64,000 nucleotides of DNA from an uncultured Acidobacteriota bacterium (GCA_963803155.1 CAWDMN010000059.1:300636-364635); one strand, 5' to 3'. Shown: positions 48,423 to 58,965, numbered from the stretch's first letter. A program made the numbers and translations. Notes: a model not told the origin generated them from the letters alone.

Positions 48423-49520
48423 GTGAATGACCGAATCAAACATTACTTAAAAGATTTTGACTGGCTCACTTTCCTGCTGGTTCTCATGGTAGCCGCGGTA
48501 GGAATCATGGAGATACGCAGTGCCACTCATCGCAGCCACACGGATGTTTTTTTTCTGAAACAATTGTACTGGGTTTTGTTTGGAATCATCTGCATGGTGA
48601 TCGTGGCCAGCGTGGATTATCATTCGATTGCTGAAAATGTTCCCTATATCTACTTGACGACCATTGTCTCTCTGGTCGTGGTGCTGGTATTGGGCCATAC
48701 CGTCTCCGGCACCAAAGGCTGGCTTTCCGTTGGTGGACATAATATTGGCCAGCCATCGGAGTTCGTGAAAATTGCGGTCATTCTGGCCCTTTCCCGCTTT
48801 CTGGCTGAGATTCGCACCGAATTTCTGCCCATCCGGGACATTTTCAAAGCGGGAGCAATTGCCGGCGCCCCCTTCCTTCTGATCCTATTGCAGCCGGATT
48901 TAGGATCTGCTTTGACTATCCTCCCGATCTTGGCGGTAGGTTTATATTTGGGAGGACTAAAGAGGAAATGGATCCTGACCGGTATATTGATCGGGACGAC
49001 GGTCATTGGGATGAGCTGGTTTTTGTTGAAGCCCTATCAGAAAGAACGAATTTATACTTTCATGGATCCTCAGCGGGATCCACTCGGGCGAGGGTATCAT
49101 GCCATCCAGTCGAAAATTGCCGTCGGGTCCGGCGGATTTTGGGGAAAAGGCTTGGGAAAAGGAAGCCAAACAGAATTGGGATTCCTCCCGGAAAGACACA
49201 CGGATTTCATCTTTTCGGTGATTGGCGAAGAAATGGGATTTATCGGAACCACATCCCTGCTCGTCCTCTACTTTTTAATTTTGATCCGGTTTATCCATGT
49301 CGCTCAGACCGCACGGGACAAACTTGGCATGCACATCGCCCTGGGAGCTTGCAGCCTGATACTTTTCCACATCATGATCAATGTCGGCATGGTTGTGGGC
49401 GTTATGCCCATTACGGGAATCCCCCTTCCGTTGCTTAGTTACGGAGGCTCTTCCATCCTGGCTACTTTTATCTTATTGGGATTGGTCATCAATGTCAGGA
49501 TGAGACGGTTTATCTATTGA
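48423..49520 (+). CDS. rodA: SEDS glycosyltransferase RodA
   Basis: FtsW/RodA/SpoVE family: 10 TM helices and the conserved block PDLGSALTI...SGGFWGKGLG. Confidence 0.9.
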   Translation: MNDRIKHYLKDFDWLTFLLVLMVAAVGIMEIRSATHRSHTDVFFLKQLYWVLFGIICMVIVASVDYHSIAENVPYIYLTTIVSLVVVLVLGHTVSGTKGWLSVGGHNIGQPSEFVKIAVILALSRFLAEIRTEFLPIRDIFKAGAIAGAPFLLILLQPDLGSALTILPILAVGLYLGGLKRKWILTGILIGTTVIGMSWFLLKPYQKERIYTFMDPQRDPLGRGYHAIQSKIAVGSGGFWGKGLGKGSQTELGFLPERHTDFIFSVIGEEMGFIGTTSLLVLYFLILIRFIHVAQTARDKLGMHIALGACSLILFHIMINVGMVVGVMPITGIPLPLLSYGGSSILATFILLGLVINVRMRRFIY

Positions 49521-50212
49521 GCCGAGTCTATCCGAAGTCCTGGTTACGAGTTTTGAGCCTGCCTAGGACTTAGGCTAAAAGTGGCACATTCCCTAAAAAG
49601 AAACGAGATATTTCTACAGGAAAGAGGATCCATTACCGAATAAATGAATACGGGCCTTCAAATGTGGGAATCAGCTCCGGGATTATTCCCATGATAAATG
49701 GTGAAAACAGGGTTTATTTGCCATTCGAAAAACTGTATAATCAGACCGGAAAAATATATTAGAGGTTTCTTTCCTGATGAAGCAGGTTGGCCTGACAGTG
49801 CAATCCTTGGAAGTCGAGAAGCGATCTTTAATTAAATTATTTATATATCAAGGCTTAACATTTAGCGGATTTTCGATCTAGGCAGGCATTGGAGTTTTTA
49901 ACACAGAATTTTTGGTTCACGGTCTTGCCGCACAATAAAGGTGCGTGCCTTGGATTTTCATTTTCAGATCTGTGAAACACCACAAAGAGCTCGCAGGATT
50001 GTTGGGAATCCAGAAATTCCCAACGCAAAAGCGTTGTCAATACAACGGAAACACACGGGTTTAGTAAAACGATCTAAAAGAGTGAGTGTTGGAGAACCTT
50101 TTGAATAGCTGCAATTCAAATCTAGGGGAAATTGCATCCATCACCCTTACGGGATCATCCCCGTCTTGCCATCCGCCGAGCTCCTCCGTGATTTCACGAC
50201 GAGGAGTTTTTC
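49521..50212 (+). promoter_or_regulatory. ~690-bp non-coding region upstream of the RNase E/G gene (long structured 5' leader is typical of rne autoregulation); includes an imperfect hairpin at 49536-49580
   Basis: No convincing ORF. Contains stem-loops (aagtcctgg...cctaggactt). Confidence 0.3.
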
Positions 50213-52855
50213 ATGCCCAAAGAGTTAATCATTTCCGTCTCTGGCAAAGAGACCAAAGCAGCCATTCTCGACAATGATCAGGTAGTTGAGATTTACATTG
50301 AGCGCGAAAAAGAACAAAGCATCGTAGGCAGCATCTGCAAAGGACGGGTGACCAAAGTGCTCCCCGGCATGCAATCCGCCTTTGTAGACATCGGTTTGGA
50401 ACGGGATGCCTTCCTCTATGTTTCCGACTTTTTCGAAGACACGGAAGAGTACGACAAAATTGTCACCTCCGCCGAGGAGCAGGTTGCCAAACTGGAACAA
50501 GGAGTCATCAAGGAAACTCCGGTAGCCGAAACAGAAGTGCCCACTCCGGCGGAATCGCCAGCCGGAACTCCCCCCCCCAAGTATGTTGATCGCAGAGGCC
50601 GAACCCGCCGTGCCCGGCGCAGCCGGTTGCGTGGAAAGCGCTTTGAAGAGACGGCTGTTGAATCCCCCGCCAAACCGGCGGCTGAGGAGCCCGCGGAATT
50701 GGAATTTCCTTCCATATTGCCGGGAGAATCCCTTGCCAAATACCAGCATACGGCTTCGGGAGAACCGGAATCGGCAATTGAAGAGCCGGATGAATCCGGC
50801 AGCCTGATTAGCGACATTGAGATGGAGATTCCCCCCGAAGAGGAGACCGAACCTTCTTTTGCGGAGGAGCCCGAGTCTTCGCTTCCAGAAGGAGCCGAAA
50901 CTTTTTTATCCTCGAGACGAGACACTATTCTGGAAGATATCGGGAAACGTCACGAAACTGTCGTTCTTTCTTCAGACGCTTCTGCTTCCAGTGAAATCCC
51001 GACGGCGGCTCAACAGGTTGAAGCCCCTCGGATCCTCCCATTCGCGGTTTCCTCAGAACCGGAAGACCAGCCCGAAGAGCCCGCTAAGGAGGCAAAACCA
51101 TCGGGAAAGATGAAAGCATTCTCTGAGCCTTCTCTTGAGGGAGGAGCGGAGAGAATTACTGCTGCCGGGGATGCCAAATCATCTGACGAGACTGCGGAGA
51201 AATCTCGCCGGGGGACACGGCCGGAGGAACCTCCGATGGACTTGCCCTCACCTGTGCGGAAAGAAGAGAATCCCATCGCAGCTATTGAAGAAAAAGAATC
51301 CGTGATTTCAGCCTTCCCCGCTGCTGTGGAGAAAGTCCCGGCTGAGCCAGACAAATCGCTTCCGGCTTTGGCGGTTAAATCTTCCATCGCCAAGAACGCA
51401 TCGGAAAAAGCAGATCAAAACTCCGAACTTCCCGCTCAAGAGGAAGCGGAATCGACCTCCGCTCTCAATGGTCCCGAAAAGACGTCACAAGTCCCAGCCA
51501 GTCAGCCTCCGGCCCAATCTCGCACCCCCATTCCCAATAAGGCTGACCTCCGCAATCCCTCAACCACCTCGCGGTTTTACCGGCATGGGCCCGAAAACCG
51601 CCGAAGGCCCCACAACTACCGCGATCGCAAAGAGAATGGAGCCGGTGGCGATATGCCCCTCATTGCCGATTTGCTAAAGGAAGGGCAGGAAATTTTGGTT
51701 CAGGTAGCCAAAGAGCCGCTGGGAACCAAGGGAGCCCGGATCACTTCTCACATCGCCCTTCCCGGACGTTTTTTGGTTTATATGCCGACCGTGGAACACA
51801 TTGGCGTTTCCCGAAAAATTGATTCTGATGAAGAAAGACAAAGGCTCAAACGGATTATCCAGGAGCAAAGGGGGCACTTGTCCGGAGGATTTATTGTGCG
51901 CACGGCTGGCCAGGGGCGCGGAGAAGAAGAATTCAAGAGCGACATCCAGTACCTGTCGGCTCTATGGGCTGACATACGGGCGAAGGCGGAAAAAAGGCCT
52001 GCCCCAACGGTAATTCATCGGGATCTCAACCTCGTACAACGATTGCTGCGGGACCACCTCTCCCCTGATTTTGTAGCTATCCGCGCGGACAACGAAGTGG
52101 AATATGCCGGTATCGTTGAGTTTGTGCATCGCTTTATGCCCTCCATGGTGTCCCGTGTCAAACTCTACTTGAAAGAGACTCCCATTTTCGAAGAATTCGG
52201 AGTCCAGGCCGAAATCGACAAGGCTCTTCGCTCCAAGGTCTGGCTGAAATCCGGCGGCTACATTGTGATTGACCAGGCGGAAGCCCTGGTCGCCATTGAT
52301 GTCAACACCGGAAAATATGTGGGCAAATCCAACAAGCTGGAAGATACCATCGTCAAGACCAATCTGGAAGCGGCCAAGGAAATTGCCCGCCAGATTCGCA
52401 TGAGAGATCTGGGTGGAATCATTGTCTGCGATTTCATTGACATGGAAGACCGGAAAAACCGCCAGAAAGTCACCCAGGCCTTGGAAGAGGCTCTGCGGGG
52501 AGACAAATCCCCTTCCAAAATTCTGCAATTCAATGATTTTGGATTAGTCGCCATCACTCGGAAGAGGGTAAAACAATCCCTGCTCAAAACTCTCTGCGAG
52601 CCTTGTTCCGCCTGCAGCGGATCGGGAATGGTCAAATCCCCTCAGACCATCTGTTATGAAATTCAGTCAGAAGTGAAGAAGATGGCAAAAACATTGGAGG
52701 ATCGTGAAATCACGCTGCGGGTCAATCCAGCCGTGGCCAAGGCACTCAAAACCGATGAAGCTGCCGTGGTGGCCGAAATTGAGACCACTTACAAAAAAGA
52801 AGTGATCATCAAGAGTGATCCCCTTTTACAGCAGGAACACTTTGACATATTTTAA
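50213..52855 (+). CDS. rne: ribonuclease E/G family endoribonuclease with a ~400-aa low-complexity insertion inside the S1 domain
   Basis: The first S1 half (ICKGRVTKVLPGMQSAFVDIGLERDAFL) and the second half (DLLKEGQEILVQVAKEPLGTKGARITSHIALPGRFLVYMP) are separated by an E/P/S/A-rich segment. The catalytic DNase-I-like domain is downstream, with AIDVNTGKY, DLGGIIVCDFIDM and the Zn-link CEPCSACSGSG. Confidence 0.85.
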   Translation: MPKELIISVSGKETKAAILDNDQVVEIYIEREKEQSIVGSICKGRVTKVLPGMQSAFVDIGLERDAFLYVSDFFEDTEEYDKIVTSAEEQVAKLEQGVIKETPVAETEVPTPAESPAGTPPPKYVDRRGRTRRARRSRLRGKRFEETAVESPAKPAAEEPAELEFPSILPGESLAKYQHTASGEPESAIEEPDESGSLISDIEMEIPPEEETEPSFAEEPESSLPEGAETFLSSRRDTILEDIGKRHETVVLSSDASASSEIPTAAQQVEAPRILPFAVSSEPEDQPEEPAKEAKPSGKMKAFSEPSLEGGAERITAAGDAKSSDETAEKSRRGTRPEEPPMDLPSPVRKEENPIAAIEEKESVISAFPAAVEKVPAEPDKSLPALAVKSSIAKNASEKADQNSELPAQEEAESTSALNGPEKTSQVPASQPPAQSRTPIPNKADLRNPSTTSRFYRHGPENRRRPHNYRDRKENGAGGDMPLIADLLKEGQEILVQVAKEPLGTKGARITSHIALPGRFLVYMPTVEHIGVSRKIDSDEERQRLKRIIQEQRGHLSGGFIVRTAGQGRGEEEFKSDIQYLSALWADIRAKAEKRPAPTVIHRDLNLVQRLLRDHLSPDFVAIRADNEVEYAGIVEFVHRFMPSMVSRVKLYLKETPIFEEFGVQAEIDKALRSKVWLKSGGYIVIDQAEALVAIDVNTGKYVGKSNKLEDTIVKTNLEAAKEIARQIRMRDLGGIIVCDFIDMEDRKNRQKVTQALEEALRGDKSPSKILQFNDFGLVAITRKRVKQSLLKTLCEPCSACSGSGMVKSPQTICYEIQSEVKKMAKTLEDREITLRVNPAVAKALKTDEAAVVAEIETTYKKEVIIKSDPLLQQEHFDIF

Positions 52856-52884
52856 ACGGAATCCACTCTTTTGATGATTCATCC

Positions 52885-52917
52885 AAGCCGCGGAGATTCA
52901 ATCCGCGGCTTTTTTTG
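52885..52917 (+). terminator. intrinsic terminator of rne (aagccgcgga-gattcaa-tccgcggctt followed by TTTTTTT)
   Basis: 10-bp GC-rich stem plus a 7-nt U-run, 30 nt after the stop codon. Confidence 0.8.
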
Positions 52918-53412
52918 TCAGATATTCTGAGGATCTCCTCATGCCAGCGAGGCTGTCACAACAAGAAAATGAAAACAAGGTGGGACCCGCGAGTGGGACG
53001 ACCCGTCGAGCATATGTGAATACACAGGATGGCGCGTGATTTGGGGTCAATGCATGATTTGGAGCCAAACCTGAACGGCGCTGCCTTAAGAGAGGTTTGC
53101 AGTTCCCCTTCTGAGAATCATTGCCGAGAGGAGCAACTTATTCATTTTTCCGTTTCAGGCTCAATTCACGCATCTCCCGGATCGTGTTTTCAAAAAAAAT
53201 ACATTGATATCCACAAGCACAAAGATGCGAGGATGGAAAAATCAATTCCGGCATTTTCTAAAATCCCTTCCCGAACTTGCCCACATACCGCTCACCGGCG
53301 CGCTGTTGGCGCGTCCGGTGAGTAGAATAGAATGGTTATATCATTGCTCCGAACCCCCTACCAAGCATGTCAAAAAGTGTTGGGGTTCATACCTTACCCT
53401 GGCTTACCGCTG

Positions 53413-53913
53413 TTAGCCGGTAATCTCGATGCGATTTCCCACTATTTTCGCGCCAAAGATACCATCACCTTTTGGAAATGCTTGAACTCTTGCCAATTGA
53501 TTTAATTGGCCGATTAAATTGAGGAATCCATGGTTTTGTTCCGCTCCTGCCTGTTTAGGATCGTTCCATACGGTGATGTGGCCGATGAGACAGATCTCAT
53601 CGGGCACTCTCGGCAACTGTCTTATGACTTGAGCGGCGGCTTGGCGATTGAATGGAAAACTATCCGTTGAATTTGAAAATTTATCGACTCCCCATAACAC
53701 CAAATGTACACCAGTCAAAGTGCCGCCGCTTTTCGCTATCACTCCAATACAAGATGTGAACTTCGAAAAAATTAGTTCGTCATTTGAATTAACAGTGTCA
53801 AATTCCTGTTCCTGAATACAGAGCGGGCCAAGCAAAGATTTTCTAAAATTGTACGGCATGAAGATTCCCCTTTCGATGTTAGTTAGTGTTGTCTGCGAAA
53901 AGCATCCTACCAA
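53413..53913 (-). CDS. hypothetical protein
   Basis: The ORF has coding-like composition. No family recognised. The start may be the internal Met (MPYNFRKSL). Confidence 0.3.
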   Translation of the reverse strand: MVGCFSQTTLTNIERGIFMPYNFRKSLLGPLCIQEQEFDTVNSNDELIFSKFTSCIGVIAKSGGTLTGVHLVLWGVDKFSNSTDSFPFNRQAAAQVIRQLPRVPDEICLIGHITVWNDPKQAGAEQNHGFLNLIGQLNQLARVQAFPKGDGIFGAKIVGNRIEITG

Positions 53914-54103
53914 ATACTAAATCCCCTCTTGCCTCTTGAAAACAAAGCCTAACGGGCCGGATGAGCGCGGCGCAACCTGATAATAAGGCCCGGTTGCACC
54001 GGTTATCAAGCAAGTACGCAGCTCGATCCATTGGTTGCGAGGCGCACAGCGCCGAATAGCCATCGAATCGGGCGAACCGCCTCCGGCCAGTTGTGCAAAT
54101 CAT

Positions 54104-54296
54104 CTATTTGCCTTGTGATCCTTTGACCGCTGCTGTGATCACAAATCCTGCGTTGATCCCAGCTGTGAGATTGATGGCTTCTTTGATTGCTGTTTCGTCA
54201 AGTTGTGACTCATTCGCTTTGGCCAGACGAGCCGCCGTGCATTCCGGGCAACCCTTTGTTACGGCCACGGTGATTCCAATCAGATGACGTTCTGGG
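54104..54296 (-). pseudogene. 5'-truncated remnant of a carboxymuconolactone-decarboxylase/AhpD-like gene (no start codon), abutting the Y1-transposase element
   Basis: The translation ITPERHLIGITVAVTKGCPECTAARLAKANESQLDETAIKEAINLTAGINAGFV has the GC-x-x-C core typical of the CMD family. The reading frame opens right at the IS boundary (54305) with no ATG. Confidence 0.3.
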
Positions 54297-54304
54297 GTAA
54301 TTTA

Positions 54305-55416
54305 GGGTCAGACCTTAATTGTTGTTAATTGAGTTTCATTGTAATTGTCCGGATCTGATTAACTTGCATGTTTTTTCGAGAAGCCGCCCTCGCGCAGGGT
54401 CGGTCTTGACTTCATTGGCCAGTATCTTCAAATGCCGGCTTACTGCCGCGCTACTGGCCAGCCCTAGCTGCCGGGCCACCTCCCGCTCGCTCAGCCCGCC
54501 CATTTCCACCAGCAGTTTCATAGCCAGCCGCCGTCCCGGATGTCGCGAATGCAAGCGCCTGAGTTCTTCGACCTCCATCCCACAGACCTGGCTGACGGCC
54601 TTCAGGATCACCGACGAATCGATTCCCACCTCCGTTCGCCTCATTCGAATCTCTTCGGGTGCCTGGAATTGACCAAGTCTCTGTTCTTGTTCCTCCTCTG
54701 CCCATTGGCAAAAGGTCCGATCGCCGATTGCCTTCGTCGAGTGCCCCATCACTTCCGCCAGCTCTTCATCCTTCCTGGCAATTCCGCTCTCGACAAACTC
54801 CCGATAAGCCCGGGCGCGGTCCTTTTTCCCTTCTCCCAGCCAGGCTGTCAGTGGCCCGTAATCCACAAAGGCTTCCTTCTGCTTTACCCCTGCATAGCCG
54901 CCGTAACTGCTCCAGCGATATTGCCGCAGCAGGCCAATCTTTTGTTTAATCGGCCATCCCCGCATGCGCTTAATCTTGACGGGATTCAAATGGACGTATC
55001 GGGTCAATTGCAGCAAGTAGCGGCTCTCCTCCACCAGTCGGGATTTATACCTTCCCTCCAATAAATGTCCATGCCGCTGGTGGCGCCGATTAAAGTAGAC
55101 CGTATAGGCGGTGCTGAAGTGCTGCATAAACCGGCTCAAGTTGGCCCGCGGGGTCTCCACCAGCAGATGCAGATGATTGCTCATGAACACGTAGGCATAG
55201 AGACGCACCTGGTAGCGCTCCAAGCTGGCCGCGAGCTTCTGCTGCATCACCTCCCGGTCGGAGTCATCGTGGAAGAGTTCCTTGCGCTCCTGACCCCGCG
55301 TAGTGACATGATAGATCGCCCCCGGATAAAGAATTCTAATCGATCGCGCCATATGCCAATATTACCCTGAGTTTGCTTTATGATTCAACATAATAGCAAC
55401 TATTAAGGTCTGACCC
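54305..55416 (-). mobile_element. compact IS carrying a Y1 HUH (IS200-like) transposase, bounded by 20-bp inverted repeats GGGTCAGACCTTAATWGTTG
   Basis: Left end 54305-54324 (gggtcagaccttaattgttg). Right end 55397-55416 (the reverse complement is gggtcagaccttaatagttg). 19/20 match. Confidence 0.6.
54336..55352 (-). CDS. IS200-like Y1 (HUH) transposase with C-terminal DnaA-C-like HTH extension (COG1943 long form)
   Basis: HUH motif SNHLHLLVE. The catalytic Tyr region is EGRYKS. The C-terminal 150 aa carry a helix-turn-helix (RQLGLASSAAVSRHLK). Confidence 0.75.
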   Translation of the reverse strand: MARSIRILYPGAIYHVTTRGQERKELFHDDSDREVMQQKLAASLERYQVRLYAYVFMSNHLHLLVETPRANLSRFMQHFSTAYTVYFNRRHQRHGHLLEGRYKSRLVEESRYLLQLTRYVHLNPVKIKRMRGWPIKQKIGLLRQYRWSSYGGYAGVKQKEAFVDYGPLTAWLGEGKKDRARAYREFVESGIARKDEELAEVMGHSTKAIGDRTFCQWAEEEQEQRLGQFQAPEEIRMRRTEVGIDSSVILKAVSQVCGMEVEELRRLHSRHPGRRLAMKLLVEMGGLSEREVARQLGLASSAAVSRHLKILANEVKTDPARGRLLEKTCKLIRSGQLQ

Positions 55417-55515
55417 CATTGGGACAGCAAAATGTAAACTGGAAAATTTAGAATTGCATTTGCAAAAGAATAAAGGCTGTGAATTTCAACATGCTGCTTT
55501 AAGAGACACATAGGA

Positions 55516-56391
55516 CTATCGTAAATCAAAGTTTACTTCGACAGTCATGCGAACAGCAGCCGGTTGACTGTTACGAATGGCTGGAGAGAATTTCCATTGG
55601 CTCAGTGCTTCAGCAGCTGATTCGTCCAAACCTAAACCGAGTGGGCGAACGATTTCCAAAATCTGCAGTTGTCCTTCTTTGTCAATAGATGCAAGGAATA
55701 TCACCGTGCCTTTTAATCCGGTATTCTTGGCAATCTCTGTGTAATGAGGTTCCACTCGCACAAGGATTCGGGGATATGTCATGTTTCCCTTCGGGTCGGA
55801 CCTTGGCGGGTAGTCTGGATTATCAATGTCTTTTCTTGGATCGTCACAATTTGGATGATTTTCCCGTACGCATGTGAGAAATGGCTTCCAATAGGCAGGC
55901 AAGTCTTCTGGATAGAGCTCGTCTGATCGGAGAAATGACTTTATTAGAAATTGTCTGAGGTTTACCGGGCGACCATCTGAAGAAGTTGTCGGGAGTTCCA
56001 TCTTGATTTTTTGCGGGGAACGGTATCGTGCTAGTTGTTTCCTTCCGGGTTCATAGATTAAATGAATGCGGTTGCCTTCGAGCACATAATTCTTGCCCTT
56101 CAGGCTAACCTTTCGTATCTCCAGCAATCCATCTAGCGTCCACCGACCAGGTTTCCCCCCCTTTACCAGCTTAAATTGGTCATCAAAAACCAAAGAGTCA
56201 CCGGAGGAAATATGGCGAAAAGTAACAACCTTCCCTTTTAGTTGTATTTCCGCTTGCTTAGTCTCTTGCATTTCTTGGGACTCGCCAGATGCGGGAGCGA
56301 TGAAGATCAATAGAATTGCCAAACTTAACAAGAAGCGTGAAATCATAAAGCAAGTTCCTTTGGCTGCGACATAATCTGAAGTGGTGCTCAA
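55516..56391 (-). CDS. TonB-like energy transducer (N-terminal TM anchor, C-terminal TonB_C domain)
   Basis: The C-terminus GTVIFLASIDKEGQLQILEIVRPLGLGLDESAAEALSQWKFSPA is TonB_C-like. The anchor is ISRFLLSLAILLIFIA. Confidence 0.65.
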   Translation of the reverse strand: MSTTSDYVAAKGTCFMISRFLLSLAILLIFIAPASGESQEMQETKQAEIQLKGKVVTFRHISSGDSLVFDDQFKLVKGGKPGRWTLDGLLEIRKVSLKGKNYVLEGNRIHLIYEPGRKQLARYRSPQKIKMELPTTSSDGRPVNLRQFLIKSFLRSDELYPEDLPAYWKPFLTCVRENHPNCDDPRKDIDNPDYPPRSDPKGNMTYPRILVRVEPHYTEIAKNTGLKGTVIFLASIDKEGQLQILEIVRPLGLGLDESAAEALSQWKFSPAIRNSQPAAVRMTVEVNFDLR

Positions 56392-56545
56392 CCTGCAATG
56401 CTGTAAAGTCGATCCGAGACCGAAACTAATCTCAAACCAATCATAAAAGGGAAAGTCCTAAACTTAGTTGAAAAAGGAGCATGACCTCACTTAAAACAGA
56501 GGTGTTTTACCGGCAAGTAAGACACTGAGATTAAGGAGATCATGC

Positions 56546-57299
56546 ATGGGACAGAGAGTAATTGGAGCCGGAAAAAGAAGCAAGGGCAAAGAGAGAAGAA
56601 AAAAGAGACAACAAATCCAAGAAGAAGTTAGGACTTTGGACAGTCGGTTTGAACTGATCCAGATGTTGATCCCTCTAGGCTTGAAAGCAGTGGAAGAAGA
56701 ATTACAGAAAGAGGTGGAACAGCTGGTTGGCCGCGGAGCCAGCCGGAGTCCGGAGAATCGACGCTGGGGAAGAAATCCAGGATCAGTCTACCTGGGAGAT
56801 CAGAAAGTCAGAGTCGAAGTGCCGCGAGTACGAAATGTAGCGGTGCGCCAAGAAGTGCCTCTGGAGAGTTATCAAGCTTTTCGAAAGACGAAGGTGTTGG
56901 ACCATCAGGTCCTGAATCGACTGATCTGTGGGATCAGCCAGAGGCAATATGAACAGGCGGCTCTCTGTGTGCCCGAGACGTTTGGGATCAAAAAGAGCAG
57001 TGTGTCGCGACACTTCATTCGAACCACGGCTCGGAAGTTGGAAACTTTTTTGAATCGGGATTTGAGCCAGCACGATCTTGTGGCGATCTTTATCGATGGG
57101 AAGCGGTTAGCAGAAACCGATATGATCGTGGCTTTGGGGATTACGCTCGAGGGTAAAAAGATCCTATTGGGATTTGTAGAAGCCAGCACAGAAAATCAAC
57201 GAGTGGCTCAGGATTTTATCCAGCGACTGCTGGATCGAGGGTTAAGAACCGAACAGGAGATTCTCTTCATTATCGACGGAGTCAAAGGGCTGTATAAAG
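56546..57299 (+). pseudogene. IS256-family (mutator-type) transposase, N-terminal fragment, interrupted by IS66
   Basis: ...HDLVAIFIDGKRL...ILFIIDGVKGLYKG is typical IS256 DDE region 1. The frame continues at 59823 (IKASLAEKALIQRCQWHKRENV, IS256 region 2). Confidence 0.75.
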
Positions 57300-57345
57300 G
57301 TAAGCGTCCATTTATCCCCACCTTGTGATTACGGGGGGACAGGGA

Positions 57346-58965
57346 TTATGATGACTGGTTTTGTGAAGAACGGCGGACCGGTTTGAGATCAACATTCCAG
57401 GGCAACAGTGGATCCAGATTTTGATTATCTCTGAGCGGCAGGTTGGGCAATTTCTCAAATAAAAGGAATAGATAAGCATAAGGATCCAGGTTGTTTTCTT
57501 TGGCGGTTTCGATAAGGCTGTAGATGATGGCACTTGATTTCGCCCCCTTGGGGGTGTTACTGAACAGCCAGTTTTTCCTTCCAATGACGAAGGGTTTGAT
57601 GGATCGTTCCGCCCGGTTGTTGGACAGTTCCAACCGGCCATCCTCCAGGAAACGGATCAGCTTCGGCCATTGCTGACGACAATAATTCACGGCCACGCCC
57701 AAAAGGCTTTTAGGTAAAACGACCAGAGCTTGTTCATCCAACCACCGGCGAAACTGATCCAACACCGGCCGGCTTTTCTCTTGCCGTGATTTCAAACGCT
57801 CTTCCGGAGTGCTCTCTTTCAGTCCCCGCTCCATGTCAAAGAGCCGATTAATCTGATCCAAGCCCGCCTGGGCCTGGCTGCCGTTCTTGCGATACTTGGC
57901 CGGCAATCCTTTCAGAGCTTCATCGAATTTTCTTCGAGCATGCGCCCAACACCCCACCAAAGTGACCTGGGGCAGGTCATGATATCCCGCATAGCCATCC
58001 ACCTGCAGATATCCCTGGAATCCTTTTAAGAATTCTTTGGGATGATCTCCAGCACGGCTTTGCTGATAATCATAGAGGACCATAGCGGGTCCTTCTCTTC
58101 CGGTCCGATACAACCACATGTACGATTGGCTCTCCGCCTCTCGTCCCGGTTCCTTCAGCACTTGGACCGTTGTCTCATCCGCATGGAGAATATCCCGCTC
58201 GAGCAACTTTTGCCTCAAACGAAGATAGAGCAACTCCAGCCATTCACTTCCCTTGATCATCCAGTTTGAAAGAACCGATCGGGACAGTTCGATGCCCATC
58301 CGCTGATAATGTTGTTCTTGCCGGTACAAGGGCACCCCTTCCACAAACTTCATCGTCATCACATAAGCCACCGACGAAGCCGAAGCCAGACCTTTTTCAA
58401 TCACCGGTTTGGGTGCCACCGCCGTTTTAATGGGTACTTCGATCCCATTCTTCTCGCAGTTCCGGCAGCTGTAGACAAAACGGACGTGCTGTAAGATTTT
58501 TACCTGCGCCGGAATCAGCTGCACTTCATGACGGGTCTCTTCACTCATTTCGTGCATCCGGCCGCCACAACAGGAACAGACCTGCTCCTCTTCCGCCAGC
58601 CGGTACTCGATGCGCTCCATCGGAAGGTCTTGCGGAATGGGCCGCCGCCCGGGCTTTCTTTTCCGTTCATAGCTGATGGTAATCTTGTCTTCGGCGAGAG
58701 CCGGAGCGGCTTCATCGACTGCTTCCGCCTCATTGAACAGGCTGGGTTGTTCCGGCACGCTGCGTTCACTCGATGGGCCATACTGTTTGGCTCGCGCCAA
58801 GTGAAACTGCTCCTCAAACCAGCGCAGCTTTTCCTCCAGCTGTTCGATTTTTGTGGCCTGTTGATTCAACTGAGCAACCAGTTCTTCGCGAGTTTCCAGG
58901 GGCTTTGGCAAGACCGTTGACATGCCTGCTATTATACGGATTTGCCCTTCTTTTTTCAAGTACAA
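57346..58965 (-). CDS. tnpC: IS66-family transposase TnpC (DDE, zinc-finger)
   Basis: N-terminal leucine zipper. Zinc-finger CSCCGGRMH...CRNC. The DDE core region matches IS66 Orf3. Confidence 0.9.
   Translation of the reverse strand: MYLKKEGQIRIIAGMSTVLPKPLETREELVAQLNQQATKIEQLEEKLRWFEEQFHLARAKQYGPSSERSVPEQPSLFNEAEAVDEAAPALAEDKITISYERKRKPGRRPIPQDLPMERIEYRLAEEEQVCSCCGGRMHEMSEETRHEVQLIPAQVKILQHVRFVYSCRNCEKNGIEVPIKTAVAPKPVIEKGLASASSVAYVMTMKFVEGVPLYRQEQHYQRMGIELSRSVLSNWMIKGSEWLELLYLRLRQKLLERDILHADETTVQVLKEPGREAESQSYMWLYRTGREGPAMVLYDYQQSRAGDHPKEFLKGFQGYLQVDGYAGYHDLPQVTLVGCWAHARRKFDEALKGLPAKYRKNGSQAQAGLDQINRLFDMERGLKESTPEERLKSRQEKSRPVLDQFRRWLDEQALVVLPKSLLGVAVNYCRQQWPKLIRFLEDGRLELSNNRAERSIKPFVIGRKNWLFSNTPKGAKSSAIIYSLIETAKENNLDPYAYLFLLFEKLPNLPLRDNQNLDPLLPWNVDLKPVRRSSQNQSS

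Noticed and set aside
53029-53325. 98-aa ORF after the rne terminator
   Set aside because: Cys/His/Ser-rich low-complexity translation with no start context. More likely non-coding spacer.
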